A stretch of 64,000 nt of DNA from an uncultured Candidatus Saccharibacteria bacterium (GCA_964493485.1 CAZBMQ010000001.1:43616-107615); one strand, 5' to 3'; positions 1 through 9,944 are shown, counted from the first letter of the stretch. The notes: generated from the letters alone by a model not told the origin. Numbers and translations are program-made.

Positions 1-249
1 CACCCCCTCTCCTGCTCTTCCAATTATCAAACCAGGTCTTGCTGTATGAATAATAATATTTATTTTTCCAGGTGACCTTTCGATCTCTATCTTGCCCACG
101 CCGAACCTTTTAGTCTTTTTTTCAAGAAATTCTCGTATCTTAAAATCCTCCTCTAAATATGAGGCAAAATCTTTCTCATAAAATCCTCTGGAATCCCAGT
201 CCTTTATACTCTTTATTCTAAATGCTTTTGGGTGGACTTTATGGGCCAT
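1..249 (-). CDS. rpsC: 30S ribosomal protein uS3, N-terminal 83 codons (gene continues beyond window start)
   Basis: Not in the ORF track because it is truncated. The minus strand from ATG at 249-247 reads MAHKVHPKAFRIKSIKDWDSRGFYEKDF...GKINIIIHTARPGLIIGRAGEG (uS3 KH region). It follows rplV as in the S10 operon. Confidence 0.85.
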   Translation of the reverse strand, partial: MAHKVHPKAFRIKSIKDWDSRGFYEKDFASYLEEDFKIREFLEKKTKRFGVGKIEIERSPGKINIIIHTARPGLIIGRAGEGV

Positions 250-321
250 AATAATTATTTGATTTTTATCATTTGAATTTGTTTCGAATTTCGAACTTAC
301 AATTTCGTATTTTTCCAAAGA

Positions 322-870
322 TTATATTGCTTTTCTTCTAAAGAATCTCTTCATTCCTCCTGGCAATTTTGGTTTTACTCTTTTAGGTTCAGGCCTCTTT
401 TTCATTTTTTTTATCTCTTCCTGCTCTAAAACTTCCTTTTCTTTTTTAGCCTCTTCTTTCTTTTCTAAAACCTTCTTTGTAGCCTTAGTTTTCTTTTCCT
501 TTTTGGGCACAGGTTTTTTCTTTTTGGTCTTTTTTTCTATTTCGTCAAGCACAAGCGTGATATGCGAAGTCTTTTTCTGTATTACATCTGCTCTCCCTCT
601 AGCTCTCGGAAGCTGTCTTTTAATTCTTGGCCCTTCATCTACCAAAATTTTAGCAATATATAAATTTCCCTCTTCTACTCTTGGATCTTCATTCTTTGCA
701 TTAGCCACTGCCTGATTTAAAAGCTTTAAAATAGGAAGGGCTGCTTTCTTTCTTGTAAAATTCAAAATAACCTGAGCTTTATCAACTCTTTCTCCTCTAA
801 TCAGGTCTGCCACCAATCTTACTTTCCGAGGCGCTATTCTTAAATATCTCAATTTAGCAGTAGAAATCAT
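322..870 (-). CDS. rplV: 50S ribosomal protein uL22 with ~70-aa Lys/Glu-rich C-terminal extension
   Basis: 182-aa ORF. The first ~110 aa (AKLRYLRIAPRKVRLVADLIRG...RARGRADVIQKKTSHITLVL) are canonical uL22. Operon position fits. Confidence 0.9.
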   Translation of the reverse strand: MISTAKLRYLRIAPRKVRLVADLIRGERVDKAQVILNFTRKKAALPILKLLNQAVANAKNEDPRVEEGNLYIAKILVDEGPRIKRQLPRARGRADVIQKKTSHITLVLDEIEKKTKKKKPVPKKEKKTKATKKVLEKKEEAKKEKEVLEQEEIKKMKKRPEPKRVKPKLPGGMKRFFRRKAI

Positions 871-897
871 AATTTTTTAAAAATCAAGTAAAATCAA

Positions 898-1212
898 CTA
901 ACTACTTCTCTTTTCTGCTTCCTTTTGAGCAGCTTTCTTTTCTAATTCTCTCTGCATCTTTCCACCGTGTCTTATAAACTTAGTGGTTGGAGCGAACTCG
1001 CCAAGCTTATGCCCTACCATGCTTTCATTTACTTTTACTGAAATAAATTCCTTTCCATTATGCACAAGGAAAGTAAAACCAATCATCTCTGGAGTAATCA
1101 CAGAAGACCTAGCCCATGTCTTAATGGGTTGTTTTTTATCCCCTTTCAACTTCTCAATCTTTTTCATTAGCTTTGGATCAATATATGGACCTTTTTTAAG
1201 ACTTCTTGTCAT
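898..1212 (-). CDS. rpsS: 30S ribosomal protein uS19
   Basis: [16 protein letters not shown]...[24 protein letters not shown] is typical uS19. Lies between rplB and rplV. Confidence 0.95.
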   Translation of the reverse strand: MTRSLKKGPYIDPKLMKKIEKLKGDKKQPIKTWARSSVITPEMIGFTFLVHNGKEFISVKVNESMVGHKLGEFAPTTKFIRHGGKMQRELEKKAAQKEAEKRSS

Positions 1213-1237
1213 AGAATTTATTAAATATTTTTAACTT

Positions 1238-2038
1238 TTATTTTCTCTTTTTCTTTCTTCTTTTAATAATTAATTTATCTGTCCATTTCTTTTTTCTTGT
1301 CTTTACTCCTAAAGCAGGTTTTCCCCATGGAGTCTTAGGATGCTTCATTCCAATCGGACTCTTTCCTGAACCTCCACCATGAGGATGGTCATTTGGATTC
1401 ATCACAGTACCTCTTACTGTCGGTCTCCATCCTTTTAATCTCTTTCTTCCAGCCTTGCCAAGTCTCTCGAACCTCTTTCTTCGATTAGACACCTGGCCTA
1501 TTGAAGCAAAACACTCTGAAGGAATCTTTCTTATTTCTCCTGAAGGCATTTTCAAATTGGTATATCCTCCCTCATGAGCTAACACCTTAGCTGATGTTCC
1601 AGCAGCTCTCACCGTCTTTCCTCCTTTTTCAGGTTCCAATTCAATATTATAAACCTGAGTGCCTACAGGGATATTTTTAAGCCTCATTCTATTTCCAATT
1701 TTTATCTCTGCTTTGTCTGAACAAATTATCTCATCTCCAATCTTTAATTCTTCTGGAGCTAAAATATATCTTCTATTCCCATCTGTATATTCAATTAATG
1801 CCAAAAAGGCAGTTCTGTTTGGGTCGTATTCCAAAGCAACAACCTTTCCCTTTTTATCTTTTTTCTCTTGTCCGAAATCTACAATTCTATAAAGTCTTTT
1901 CACCCCCCCACCTCTGTGTCTAACCGAAATCCTGCCTGAGCTTGCTCTTCCTGCTTTTTTCTTGATAGCGACAAGCAAACTTTTTTCAGGTTCTTTCTTG
2001 GATAATATTTTTCTTGATGTGGTGGTTGTAGTTTTCAT
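1238..2038 (-). CDS. rplB: 50S ribosomal protein uL2
   Basis: [16 protein letters not shown] and [16 protein letters not shown] motifs. Operon position fits. Confidence 0.95.
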   Translation of the reverse strand: MKTTTTTSRKILSKKEPEKSLLVAIKKKAGRASSGRISVRHRGGGVKRLYRIVDFGQEKKDKKGKVVALEYDPNRTAFLALIEYTDGNRRYILAPEELKIGDEIICSDKAEIKIGNRMRLKNIPVGTQVYNIELEPEKGGKTVRAAGTSAKVLAHEGGYTNLKMPSGEIRKIPSECFASIGQVSNRRKRFERLGKAGRKRLKGWRPTVRGTVMNPNDHPHGGGSGKSPIGMKHPKTPWGKPALGVKTRKKKWTDKLIIKRRKKKRK

Positions 2039-2045
2039 AATAAAT

Positions 2046-2564
2046 TTATATCACAAATTCCTCAATCTTCTGTCCTTCCTTTATCTTCACAATAGCTTTT
2101 TTATATTCTCTTCTCCATCCGCGTGTCATTCCCAATCTTCTCCTTTTCCTTGGCACTTTAATAATTTTAACATCTAATACATCTACTTTATATAATTGTT
2201 CTACCGCTTTTTTGATTTCAGTTTTATTCGCATCTGGATATACCCTAAAAGTATATTTATTTTCTCGTGCCAAATCAGTTGTTTTTTCTGTTATATGAGC
2301 TGACTTTAAAATACGGTATGCTAACTTACCTCCAGCAATTATGCTTTTTTCCTTTTTTGTCTTTTCTTTCTTTGTCTTTTCTTTCTTTAATTTTTCTTTT
2401 TTAACCTCTTCTTTCTTTTCTATTTTCTTTTCTTTAACCTCTTTCTCTTTTATTTCTTTTTCTGGAGAAGGCTTTTTCAATTCCTTCTTCTCTTTTTTTT
2501 CTTTCTTTTCTTCTTTCTTTTCTTTTATTTTTTTCTTTTTTTTGAAAATATCTAATAAAGCCAT
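2046..2564 (-). CDS. rplW: 50S ribosomal protein uL23 with ~75-aa Lys/Glu-rich N-terminal extension
   Basis: The C-terminal ~95 aa ([26 protein letters not shown]...[13 protein letters not shown]) are uL23-like. The N-terminus is a [13 protein letters not shown] low-complexity tract. Confidence 0.85.
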   Translation of the reverse strand: MALLDIFKKKKKIKEKKEEKKEKKEKKELKKPSPEKEIKEKEVKEKKIEKKEEVKKEKLKKEKTKKEKTKKEKSIIAGGKLAYRILKSAHITEKTTDLARENKYTFRVYPDANKTEIKKAVEQLYKVDVLDVKIIKVPRKRRRLGMTRGWRREYKKAIVKIKEGQKIEEFVI

Positions 2565-2576
2565 AAAATTTTAAAA

Positions 2577-3299
2577 TTATTTTTTCTTTTGTTTTTCTTT
2601 TGTTTTCTGCTTTTTACTCTTTATCTCTTGTTTTTTGTCTTTTGTTTCTTGTTCTTGCTCTTCAACTTTCTGTTTTAAAAATGTTTCTTTTATTACATTT
2701 ATACTTTCTAATGGCATCACTAAGTATTTAAATGAAAGCAGATCCAAACAATTTAAGTCCTTTGCCTGAATGGTTGCTTTTTTAGGTATATTTCTTGTCG
2801 CCCTAATAACATTTCTATCCATCTCAGGCAAGGCTACCAAAGAACTTTCTTCTTTGATGGGAAGTTTGTTAAAAATCTCTGCCATTAATTTTGTCTTTGG
2901 TTGTTCGATTTTTAAATTGTCCAACAATACTATTAATTTGTTTTTTGCTTTAGCGGATAAAACCATAAAAAGAGCTTTTCTCTTCATCTTCTTTGGAATT
3001 TTTTTCTTGAAAATTTTTGTCTTTACTGGTCCGAAAGCCACGCCTCCTCCCACCCATATTGGAGATCTTATAGAACCATGCCTTGCTCTTCCCAATCCTT
3101 TTTGACGCCATGGTTTTCTTCCACCCCCACTCACCTCTCCTCTATCTTTGGTATGGGCTATAGCTTTTCTTTTATTTGCCATCTGAGACACAACTACCTG
3201 ATGAATCAAATCAGGATTAACCTCTATTCCAAAAACCTCCTTTGGCAGTAAGGTCTCTTTGACTTTTTTTCCTTCTTTGTTCAAAACCTCGTATTTCAT
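2577..3299 (-). CDS. rplD: 50S ribosomal protein uL4 with Lys-rich C-terminal tail
   Basis: GGGRKPWRQKGLGRARHGSIRSPIWVGGGVAFGP core motif. Operon position fits. Confidence 0.9.
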   Translation of the reverse strand: MKYEVLNKEGKKVKETLLPKEVFGIEVNPDLIHQVVVSQMANKRKAIAHTKDRGEVSGGGRKPWRQKGLGRARHGSIRSPIWVGGGVAFGPVKTKIFKKKIPKKMKRKALFMVLSAKAKNKLIVLLDNLKIEQPKTKLMAEIFNKLPIKEESSLVALPEMDRNVIRATRNIPKKATIQAKDLNCLDLLSFKYLVMPLESINVIKETFLKQKVEEQEQETKDKKQEIKSKKQKTKEKQKKK

Positions 3300-3327
3300 A
3301 CTTTTTCTTTGTTAAAGATTCTTTTTT

Positions 3328-3939
3328 TTATTCTACTCGTATCTCCAGCAAACTTCCCTTACTCCCCGGCACTGCGCCTTTTAAAAGAAGTAGATTCTTT
3401 TCTGGATCAACTTTTACAATTTTAAGATTTTTAACTGTTACTCTTTCTCCTCCCATTCTTCCTGGCATTTTCTTTCCTTTTATAACTCTGGCTGGGGTAG
3501 ATCCCCCTATTGAACCAATTTTTCTTAACTCGTGCTTTGTCCCTCTTGTTCTGGGTCTCCCATGAAAACCCCATCTTTTCATTCCCCCTGCAAAACCCTT
3601 TCCTTTGGAAGTTCCTGAAATCTTTACCAGTTCTCCTTCATTAAAAACTGAAACATCTATTTTCTGCCCTACTTCGTATTTTTTAATTTCTTCTCCTGTA
3701 TCTTTTTTGATGCGAAATTCCCGTATATATCTAAAAGGCTTGTCCTTCTGGGTTTTCTTTACCTTCTTTTCTTTTAACTTCTTAAAACCTACCTGTATTG
3801 CTTCGTATCCATCTTTATCTTTTGTTTTTAACTGTAAAACCTGACAGGGACCTGCCTCAACCACAGTAACTGGAATCTGATTCCCTTCTTCATCAAATAT
3901 CTGGGACATTCCGACTTTTACTCCTAATATAAATTTCAT
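3328..3939 (-). CDS. rplC: 50S ribosomal protein uL3
   Basis: GVKVGMSQIF...GTSKGKGFAGGMKRWGFHG is typical uL3. Confidence 0.95.
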   Translation of the reverse strand: MKFILGVKVGMSQIFDEEGNQIPVTVVEAGPCQVLQLKTKDKDGYEAIQVGFKKLKEKKVKKTQKDKPFRYIREFRIKKDTGEEIKKYEVGQKIDVSVFNEGELVKISGTSKGKGFAGGMKRWGFHGRPRTRGTKHELRKIGSIGGSTPARVIKGKKMPGRMGGERVTVKNLKIVKVDPEKNLLLLKGAVPGSKGSLLEIRVE

Positions 3940-4115
3940 ATTTTTATAAATAACCTCTTTTCTAATGAAATACCGGGCAACTAACCCGGTATCAGATTAA
4001 TAGTTGCTCCAAATGTTTCTTACTATTAATTTAATTTAAAAAATCCATTGAAATTACTAATTATACACTGAAATTTCTTACAAGTTAAGAAAGGTTTAAT
4101 AATATCTTAAATAAA

Positions 4116-4451
4116 TTACATCTTTATCTCAATATCTACACCTGCTGGCAGATTCAAATTTCTCAAAGCATCAATCACTTTCATATTTGGCTCCAACACA
4201 TCAATCAATCTTTTATGAACTCTTATTTCAAACTGCTCTCTACTGTCTTTATGCACAAAAGTAGATCTGTTAACTGTATATTTATGAATCTCCGTAGGCA
4301 AAGGTACAGGACCTGAGAATTTGACCCCATAACGATTAACAACCTCCACAATCTGTTTAGCAGAGGTATCAATTACTTTATGGTCATAACTTCTCAATTT
4401 AATCCTTAGCTTAGGTTTTGCCTCTTTTTCCTCTGTTTTTTTCTTTGCCAT
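4116..4451 (-). CDS. rpsJ: 30S ribosomal protein uS10
   Basis: [22 protein letters not shown]...GPVPLPT...[12 protein letters not shown] is typical uS10. First gene of the S10 operon. Confidence 0.95.
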   Translation of the reverse strand: MAKKKTEEKEAKPKLRIKLRSYDHKVIDTSAKQIVEVVNRYGVKFSGPVPLPTEIHKYTVNRSTFVHKDSREQFEIRVHKRLIDVLEPNMKVIDALRNLNLPAGVDIEIKM

Positions 4452-4493
4452 CTCTATCTTTTCTCAAGTATTTAGTGTTAATATTTAGGGTTC

Positions 4494-4521
4494 ATTATAC
4501 TGATATATAATTCAAAATCAA
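4494..4521 (-). promoter_or_regulatory. Candidate sigma70-type promoter of the S10 operon (TTGATT-N16-TATAAT on minus strand)
   Basis: -35 is the complement of 4516-4521 and -10 is the complement of 4494-4499. It sits just downstream of the tuf terminator hairpin and ~45 nt upstream of the rpsJ ATG. Confidence 0.5.
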
Positions 4522-4522
4522 G

Positions 4523-4554
4523 AGCTAGTAGCCTTTTTGTTTAAGCTACTAGCT
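4523..4554 (-). terminator. Hairpin after tuf (10-bp perfect stem AGCTAGTAGC/GCTACTAGCT)
   Basis: The stem arms are 4523-4532 and 4545-4554. The hairpin starts 5 nt after the tuf stop and is followed on the minus strand by CTTGATTTTG. Confidence 0.55.
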
Positions 4555-4559
4555 GTTGA

Positions 4560-5759
4560 CTATTTTATTATCTTCGTCACTACTCCTGCGCCTACGGTCT
4601 TTCCTCCTTCTCTGATAGCAAACCTCTGTTTTTCTTCCATAGCAATTGGTGCAATCAATTTAATCTTTAGGTTGACAGTATCACCGGGCATTACCATCTC
4701 TGTTCCTTCTGGTAAAGTGACTTCACCTGTAACATCTGTGGTTCTGAAATAAAATTGAGGCTTGTATCCAGTAAAGAATGGAGTATGTCTTCCGCCTTCT
4801 TCCTTGGTTAATACATAGACCTGTCCTTCAAACTCACTGTGAGGAGTAATGCTTCCCGGTTTAGCTAATACCTGTCCTCTCTCAACATCCTCTTTCTTTA
4901 GTCCTCTCAATAAAATACCAACATTATCACCTGCTCTTCCTTCATCAAGAATCTTGTTAAACATCTCAATTGAGACTGCTGTTGTTTTGACAGTATCTCT
5001 AATACCTACTAATTCAACCTCTTCGTTTGGCTTAATTACTCCTCTTTCAATCCTTCCAGTAGCTACAGTTCCCCTTCCTGCAATTGAGAATACATCCTCA
5101 ATTGCCATTAAGAAAGGTTTATCTATTTCTCTGGAAGGCTCTGGAATATATTCATCAACAGCCTTGATTAGATCAAGAATCGGCTTAGCTGCTTCATCCT
5201 CTAAAGATGTAACATCTAATGCTTTTAATGAAGATCCTCTGATTATTGGAATCTCATCTCCTGGAAATTCATATTTCTTTAATAGTTCTCTCAATTCTGA
5301 CTCAACCAAATCAATAATCTCCGGGTCATCAATCATATCGCATTTATTGATAAAAACCACCATTGAAGGCAGACCTACCTGCCTAGCTAAAAGAATATGC
5401 TCTCTTGTCTGAGGCATAGCCCCGTCAACAGCTGAAACAACCAGAATAGCTCCATCCATCTGGGCAGCTCCAGTAATCATATTTTTAATATAGTCTGCGT
5501 GCCCCGGACAATCAATCAAGGCATAGTGGCGCTTGTCGCTCTCAAACTCTACGTGAGAAACAGAAATGGTCAAGCCCCGTGCCTTTTCTTCAGGAGCAGC
5601 ATTCAAATCATCCACACCAGCATCTGAGGCTTGTAGACCTCTTAGCTTTGTTATTTTCAATATAGCTGCTGTGGTGGTAGTCTTACCGTGTGCCACATGA
5701 CCAATAGTACCTATATTGACATGCGGCTTTGTTCTAACAAATTTCTCTTTTTCTGCCAT
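4560..5759 (-). CDS. tuf: Elongation factor Tu
   Basis: [17 protein letters not shown] and NKCD G-motifs. I place the start at MAEKEKF (ATG at 5759); the 14 codons upstream in the track ORF lie inside the repeat hairpin. Confidence 0.95.
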   Translation of the reverse strand: MAEKEKFVRTKPHVNIGTIGHVAHGKTTTTAAILKITKLRGLQASDAGVDDLNAAPEEKARGLTISVSHVEFESDKRHYALIDCPGHADYIKNMITGAAQMDGAILVVSAVDGAMPQTREHILLARQVGLPSMVVFINKCDMIDDPEIIDLVESELRELLKKYEFPGDEIPIIRGSSLKALDVTSLEDEAAKPILDLIKAVDEYIPEPSREIDKPFLMAIEDVFSIAGRGTVATGRIERGVIKPNEEVELVGIRDTVKTTAVSIEMFNKILDEGRAGDNVGILLRGLKKEDVERGQVLAKPGSITPHSEFEGQVYVLTKEEGGRHTPFFTGYKPQFYFRTTDVTGEVTLPEGTEMVMPGDTVNLKIKLIAPIAMEEKQRFAIREGGKTVGAGVVTKIIK

Positions 5760-5770
5760 AGTTTTTAGGG

Positions 5771-5851
5771 CCCGAAATTCGAACCTCGAAATCCAAAACA
5801 ATCTCTAAATATCTAAATTGTTTCGGATCTCGGATTTCGTGCTTCGGATTT
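5771..5851. repeat. CGAAAT/ATTTCG-rich long imperfect inverted repeat (family copy A)
   Basis: The core ATCCAAAACAAT (5791-5802) pairs with ATTGTTTCGGAT (5817-5828). The one mismatch becomes G-U only on the minus (mRNA) strand. The arms share GGATTTCGTGCTTYGGATTT with the copy at 10220-10339. Confidence 0.6.
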
Positions 5852-5925
5852 TTAAGATTATATATTTATTATTTTATTAACCTTTTTAAAAATAGTCAAC
5901 CCTTTTTATGGTTTTATTATCTCTT

Positions 5926-8073
5926 TTATTTCCTTTTCCCCTCAATAATTTCTTGAGCAATATTCGGAGGCACCTCAGCATATCGGTCAAACTCCATTGT
6001 AAATGTTCCTCTTCCTTCAGTCAAGCTTCTCAGCGTGGTAGCATATCCAAACATTTCAGATAAAGGTACATCTGCGTCAATAATTTTAAGATTTAATCTA
6101 TCTTTTGTTTCTTTTATTTTTCCTCTTCTTGAGGCTAAATCCCCTATCACATCACCAAAGAATTCAGCAGGCACAATCACCTCCAGTCTCATTATTGGCT
6201 CCAATAATACAGGATTTGCTTTCTTTGTTGCTTCCTGTAATGCCATAGAAGCTGCTATCTTAAAAGCAAACTCTGAAGAATCAACCTCGTGGAAAGAACC
6301 ATCATAAAGAGTTACCTTCATATCAACCAAAGGATAACCTGCAATAACTCCTTTCTCCATTGCCTCTTTTACTCCTTTTTCAACAGCAGGAATGAATTCG
6401 CTTGGTATTATCCCTCCTTTAATTTCGTCTTTAAACTCAAAACCCTCTCCCCTTTCTTTTGGCTCTAATCTAAGCCAAACATGTCCATATTGTCCTCTAC
6501 CCCCTGATTGTCTAATATATTTGCCCTCAGCTTCTGCCATTGCCTTAATTGTTTCTTTGTATGCAACCTGAGGTCTTCCCACATTAGCTTCAACATTAAA
6601 TTCTCTTTTTATTCTATCTACAATAATCTCTAAATGAAGCTCACCCATACCAGAAATAATCGTCTCTCCAGTCTCCTCGTCTCCCTTCACTCTAAATGTA
6701 GGGTCTTCTTGCGACAATCTCTTTAAAGCCGTATTCAACTTCTCTTCATCTGCTTTATTTTTTGGTTCAATACGAATAGAAATAACAGGCTCTGGAAAAG
6801 TAATCTTTTCTAAAACAATTGGATGACCTTCATCGCAAAGAGTATGGCCTGTAATAGTCTTTTTCAACCCAATAGTAGAAGCAATGTCTCCAGCAAACAC
6901 CTCATCAATATCCTCTCTCTTATCAGCCCTCATTCTTAAAATCCTGCCTATTCTCTCTTTCTCACCTGTGGTGGTATTTAATACATAAGAGCCTTTATTA
7001 AGATGACCTGAATACACCCTGAAATAGCTTAATGTTCCGACATATGGATCTGCAGCCACCTTAAACACCAGAGCAGCGAAAGGTTCTGAGTCATCACTCT
7101 TTCTTTCAATCTGTTCTCCGGTTTTTGGATCAGTTCCCTTCACTGGAGGCAGGTCAAGAGGGCTTGGTAAATAATACACTATTGCATCTACAAGAGGCTG
7201 AACCCCTTTGTTTTTCAAAGCTGAGCCGCAAAATACAGGGATGAGTTTGTAATTTACTGTGGCTTTTCTCAAAACATTTCTTAATTCTTCGATAGAAATC
7301 TTTTCTTGTCCTAAATACTTTTCTAAAAGCTTATCATCTTCTGCAACAATCTTCTCTACTAATTTTTCTCTCCATTCTTTTGCTTTTTCCAATAAATCTG
7401 AAGAAACCTCTTTTTGCCCTTCTGGATGAGGATTGCCGTTTTCATCCAAAAGAGGAATCTCTATTACTTTCTCACCAAACTCTCCTTCAAATTTAATTGC
7501 CTTCATCTTCAGCAAATCGATTACTCCTTTAAAATTCTCCTCAGCCCCAATTGGAAGCTGAAGAGCTACTGCATTAGGAGATAACTTGTGCCAAATTGAC
7601 TCTAAGCTTTTTTCGAAATTAGCTCCCATACGATCCATCTTATTAATAAAACATATTCGAGGCACATTGAATTTATCAGCTTGACGCCATACTGTCTCTG
7701 ACTGAGGCTCTACACCAGCAACACCATCAAAAACAACAACCCCTCCGTCAAGTACGCGCAGGGATCTTTGCACTTCAGCTGTAAAGTCAATATGGCCTGG
7801 GGTATCAATAATGTTTATTTTATAATCTTTGTCTTCCTTGTTTTTTAAATCATCAGGCAGCCAGAAACAAGTAATGGCAGCTGAAGTAATTGTAATACCT
7901 CTTTCTCTCTCTTGCTCCATCCAATCTGTAATAGTGGTTCCTTCATCCACATTCCCAATTTTATATGTCATACCAGTATAAAATAAAATACGCTCGGTAG
8001 TTGTAGTTTTACCAGCATCAATGTGTGCAATAATTCCTATGTTCCTATATTTTTCAAGTGGATATTGTCTCAT
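5926..8073 (-). CDS. fusA: Elongation factor G
   Basis: [20 protein letters not shown] and NKMDR motifs. 715 aa, located between rpsG and tuf. Confidence 0.95.
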   Translation of the reverse strand: MRQYPLEKYRNIGIIAHIDAGKTTTTERILFYTGMTYKIGNVDEGTTITDWMEQERERGITITSAAITCFWLPDDLKNKEDKDYKINIIDTPGHIDFTAEVQRSLRVLDGGVVVFDGVAGVEPQSETVWRQADKFNVPRICFINKMDRMGANFEKSLESIWHKLSPNAVALQLPIGAEENFKGVIDLLKMKAIKFEGEFGEKVIEIPLLDENGNPHPEGQKEVSSDLLEKAKEWREKLVEKIVAEDDKLLEKYLGQEKISIEELRNVLRKATVNYKLIPVFCGSALKNKGVQPLVDAIVYYLPSPLDLPPVKGTDPKTGEQIERKSDDSEPFAALVFKVAADPYVGTLSYFRVYSGHLNKGSYVLNTTTGEKERIGRILRMRADKREDIDEVFAGDIASTIGLKKTITGHTLCDEGHPIVLEKITFPEPVISIRIEPKNKADEEKLNTALKRLSQEDPTFRVKGDEETGETIISGMGELHLEIIVDRIKREFNVEANVGRPQVAYKETIKAMAEAEGKYIRQSGGRGQYGHVWLRLEPKERGEGFEFKDEIKGGIIPSEFIPAVEKGVKEAMEKGVIAGYPLVDMKVTLYDGSFHEVDSSEFAFKIAASMALQEATKKANPVLLEPIMRLEVIVPAEFFGDVIGDLASRRGKIKETKDRLNLKIIDADVPLSEMFGYATTLRSLTEGRGTFTMEFDRYAEVPPNIAQEIIEGKRK

Positions 8074-8078
8074 AATAA

Positions 8079-8124
8079 TGTTTGATGTTTGATGTTTGAT
8101 GTTTGATGTTTGATGTTCGATGTT
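8079..8124. repeat. Tandem heptamer TGTTTGA x6.5 (mRNA sense AACAUCA) immediately 5' of the fusA ATG
   Basis: Read directly: tgtttga repeated at 8079, 8086, 8093, 8100 and 8107, then the variant tgttcga at 8114 and a partial tgtt. Confidence 0.9.
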
Positions 8125-8139
8125 AAATATTTAGTCTTG

Positions 8140-8610
8140 TTATCTTGCAAAATGTGCAAATGCTCTGTTTGCTTCTGCCATCTTATGGGTATCCTCTTTT
8201 TTCTTCACTGCCCATCCAGTATTATCAGCTGCCGCAAGCAGTTCCTCTGCTAATTTTTCTTTCATTGGCTTTCCTTTCTTTTGTTTTGCCGCTTTAATAA
8301 TCCAGCGGAGAGCCAAAGCCAATCTTCTATCCCCTCTTACCTCCATTGGAATCTGATATGTAGCTCCTCCAATCCTTTTAGGTCTTACCTCCATAAGAGG
8401 ACTGGCATTTTTTATTGCTGTTTTGAAAACCTCTAGAGGATCTTTCTTGGTCTTTTCTTTTATAATGTCAAAAGCGCCATAAACAATTTTTCTGGCAATA
8501 GTCTTTTTTCCCTTTCTCATCACATAATTGATAAGCTTTGCGACAACCACATCATTATAAATAAGGTCTGGTTTGATTTCTCTTTTTTTTATTTTTTTTC
8601 TCCTGGCCAT
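8140..8610 (-). CDS. rpsG: 30S ribosomal protein uS7
   Basis: [23 protein letters not shown]...[10 protein letters not shown]...ANRAFAHFR is typical uS7. Confidence 0.95.
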   Translation of the reverse strand: MARRKKIKKREIKPDLIYNDVVVAKLINYVMRKGKKTIARKIVYGAFDIIKEKTKKDPLEVFKTAIKNASPLMEVRPKRIGGATYQIPMEVRGDRRLALALRWIIKAAKQKKGKPMKEKLAEELLAAADNTGWAVKKKEDTHKMAEANRAFAHFAR

Positions 8611-8761
8611 AGTGGTAATACATCATCAGGTCGCTCGCTGAAGCTCGCTCCTTAGAAACCCACGGTTTCTAACGTTTTCGCCTTCAGCGAAAGCCTGTTT
8701 TCCTACACGGGGGCACCGAAGGGTTCCCCCGACCCCCCTCCGATATGTGAAGATTTAAACT
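8611..8761 (-). promoter_or_regulatory. GC-rich structured rpsL-rpsG intercistronic RNA element
   Basis: Nested hairpins are visible: TTAGAAACC-CAC-GGTTTCTAA (8652-8672) inside CGCTGAAG...CTTCAGCG, plus GGGGGCACC-GAAG-GGTTCCCCC. The segment is much more GC-rich than its surroundings. Confidence 0.5.
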
Positions 8762-9172
8762 TTATTTTTCTTTTTTTGTGCCGTACTTTGAACGCTCTTG
8801 TTTTCTTCCCTCAACTCCAGCTGCATCCAACACTCCTCTTATTACTTTATAGTTGACACCAGGCAAGTCTTTTATTCTCGCTCCTCTTATCAATACAACT
8901 GAGTGCTCCTGCAGATTATGACCCTCTCCCGGAATAGCAGCAGTCACCTCCTGCCCATTGCTTAAACGAACCCTCGCTACCTTTCTTAAAGCTGAGTGGG
9001 GCTTCTTTGGGGTCATTGTAAAAACCTTAACACAAACCCCCCTCTTAAAGGGAGACAAATATTTTGACCTTCTGTTCTTCAAAGTGTTAAATCCATATTT
9101 AAAAACAGGCGTTCTTGTGCGCTTCTTTGTCTTTTTCCTTCCCTTTTTAACTAATTGATGAATTGTAGGCAT
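8762..9172 (-). CDS. rpsL: 30S ribosomal protein uS12
   Basis: [53 protein letters not shown] is typical uS12. Confidence 0.95.
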   Translation of the reverse strand: MPTIHQLVKKGRKKTKKRTRTPVFKYGFNTLKNRRSKYLSPFKRGVCVKVFTMTPKKPHSALRKVARVRLSNGQEVTAAIPGEGHNLQEHSVVLIRGARIKDLPGVNYKVIRGVLDAAGVEGRKQERSKYGTKKEK

Positions 9173-9304
9173 TATACAATTTAATGAAATTAAATTTTGA
9201 AATTTAAAACAATTAAGCGCGGAGCGCTTAATCTAAAAGATTAACACGGATTAAAATAAAAGTCAATTCTCCTATAGATATTCTTCCATTAAAAAACAAA
9301 ATAA

Positions 9305-9922
9305 TCAACCCACAAAAATAGAAAAAAGAAAAAATGCCCCAAAAGAGATTAGCCCAAACCCAAAAAATATAAAAAGGAACAAAAGAATAATACTGTATCT
9401 CAATAGAAAAATTTTAATCTCTGAAAATTTCTCTGGAAGCAGTGAAAAAAGAATATGGTATCCATCAAGAGGTGGAATTGGAACTAAATTAAATAATCCC
9501 CAGGCAAAGTTATAAACTGCAATAATCTTGAAAAATTCAATCAAAGCCACAGGCAGTCTTAAACCAAAAAATCTTATAGCTAAACTAAAGATTATCCCAA
9601 TCAAAAAATTAACTGCAGGTCCGGCAATAGCAACCTTTAACTCTCCCCATTTTTGATCCCTGTAATTATAAGGATTGACAGGAACTGGTTTTGCCCACCC
9701 AAAGATTGGTCCCTGTCCTTGTGTGGCTATAAATAAAAACAAAGGAAAAAGAATAGAACCAAAAGGATCCAAATGTTTCAAGGGATTCAATGTCAACCGT
9801 CCAGAATATTTTGCAGTAGGGTCTCCCAAATACAAAGCCATACTGCCGTGAGCAATCTCATGAATAATGATTGAAAAAAGCAAAACAATCAATGTGAATA
9901 TGGTAACTATAGCGCCGCTCAT
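9305..9922 (-). CDS. Site-2 protease family (M50) membrane zinc metalloprotease
   Basis: HEIAHG (HExxH) lies in the first TM helix and the protein is polytopic and hydrophobic. The LNPLKHLDPFG motif is typical of the small SpoIVFB-like family. Confidence 0.75.
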   Translation of the reverse strand: MSGAIVTIFTLIVLLFSIIIHEIAHGSMALYLGDPTAKYSGRLTLNPLKHLDPFGSILFPLFLFIATQGQGPIFGWAKPVPVNPYNYRDQKWGELKVAIAGPAVNFLIGIIFSLAIRFFGLRLPVALIEFFKIIAVYNFAWGLFNLVPIPPLDGYHILFSLLPEKFSEIKIFLLRYSIILLFLFIFFGFGLISFGAFFLFSIFVG

Positions 9923-9944
9923 AATCTAAAAATTATATCACAGC

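Noticed and set aside
3940-4115. 175-nt rpsJ-rplC spacer with hairpin ATACCGGG...CCCGGTAT and a TGTATAAT-like box, considered as an internal promoter or regulatory leader.
   Set aside because: There is no convincing -35 at proper spacing and the hairpins are short and AU-rich. I cannot distinguish this from ordinary intercistronic structure without data.
5760-5801. 14-codon N-terminal extension of EF-Tu in the ORF track ([14 protein letters not shown]).
   Set aside because: EF-Tu homologs start at MAKEKF-type sequence, matched by the ATG at 5759. The extension lies in the intergenic repeat hairpin.
503-9158. Plus-strand ORFs inside the ribosomal/EF gene block (503-715, 983-1234, 1659-1892, 1962-2177, 2341-2574, 2770-3105, 3605-3844, 4537-4752, 4849-5412, 6035-6307, 8958-9158).
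   Set aside because: Each lies within or antisense to an unmistakable minus-strand gene. The translations are F/S/L-rich low complexity, as expected for the antisense of Lys/Glu-rich coding sequence.
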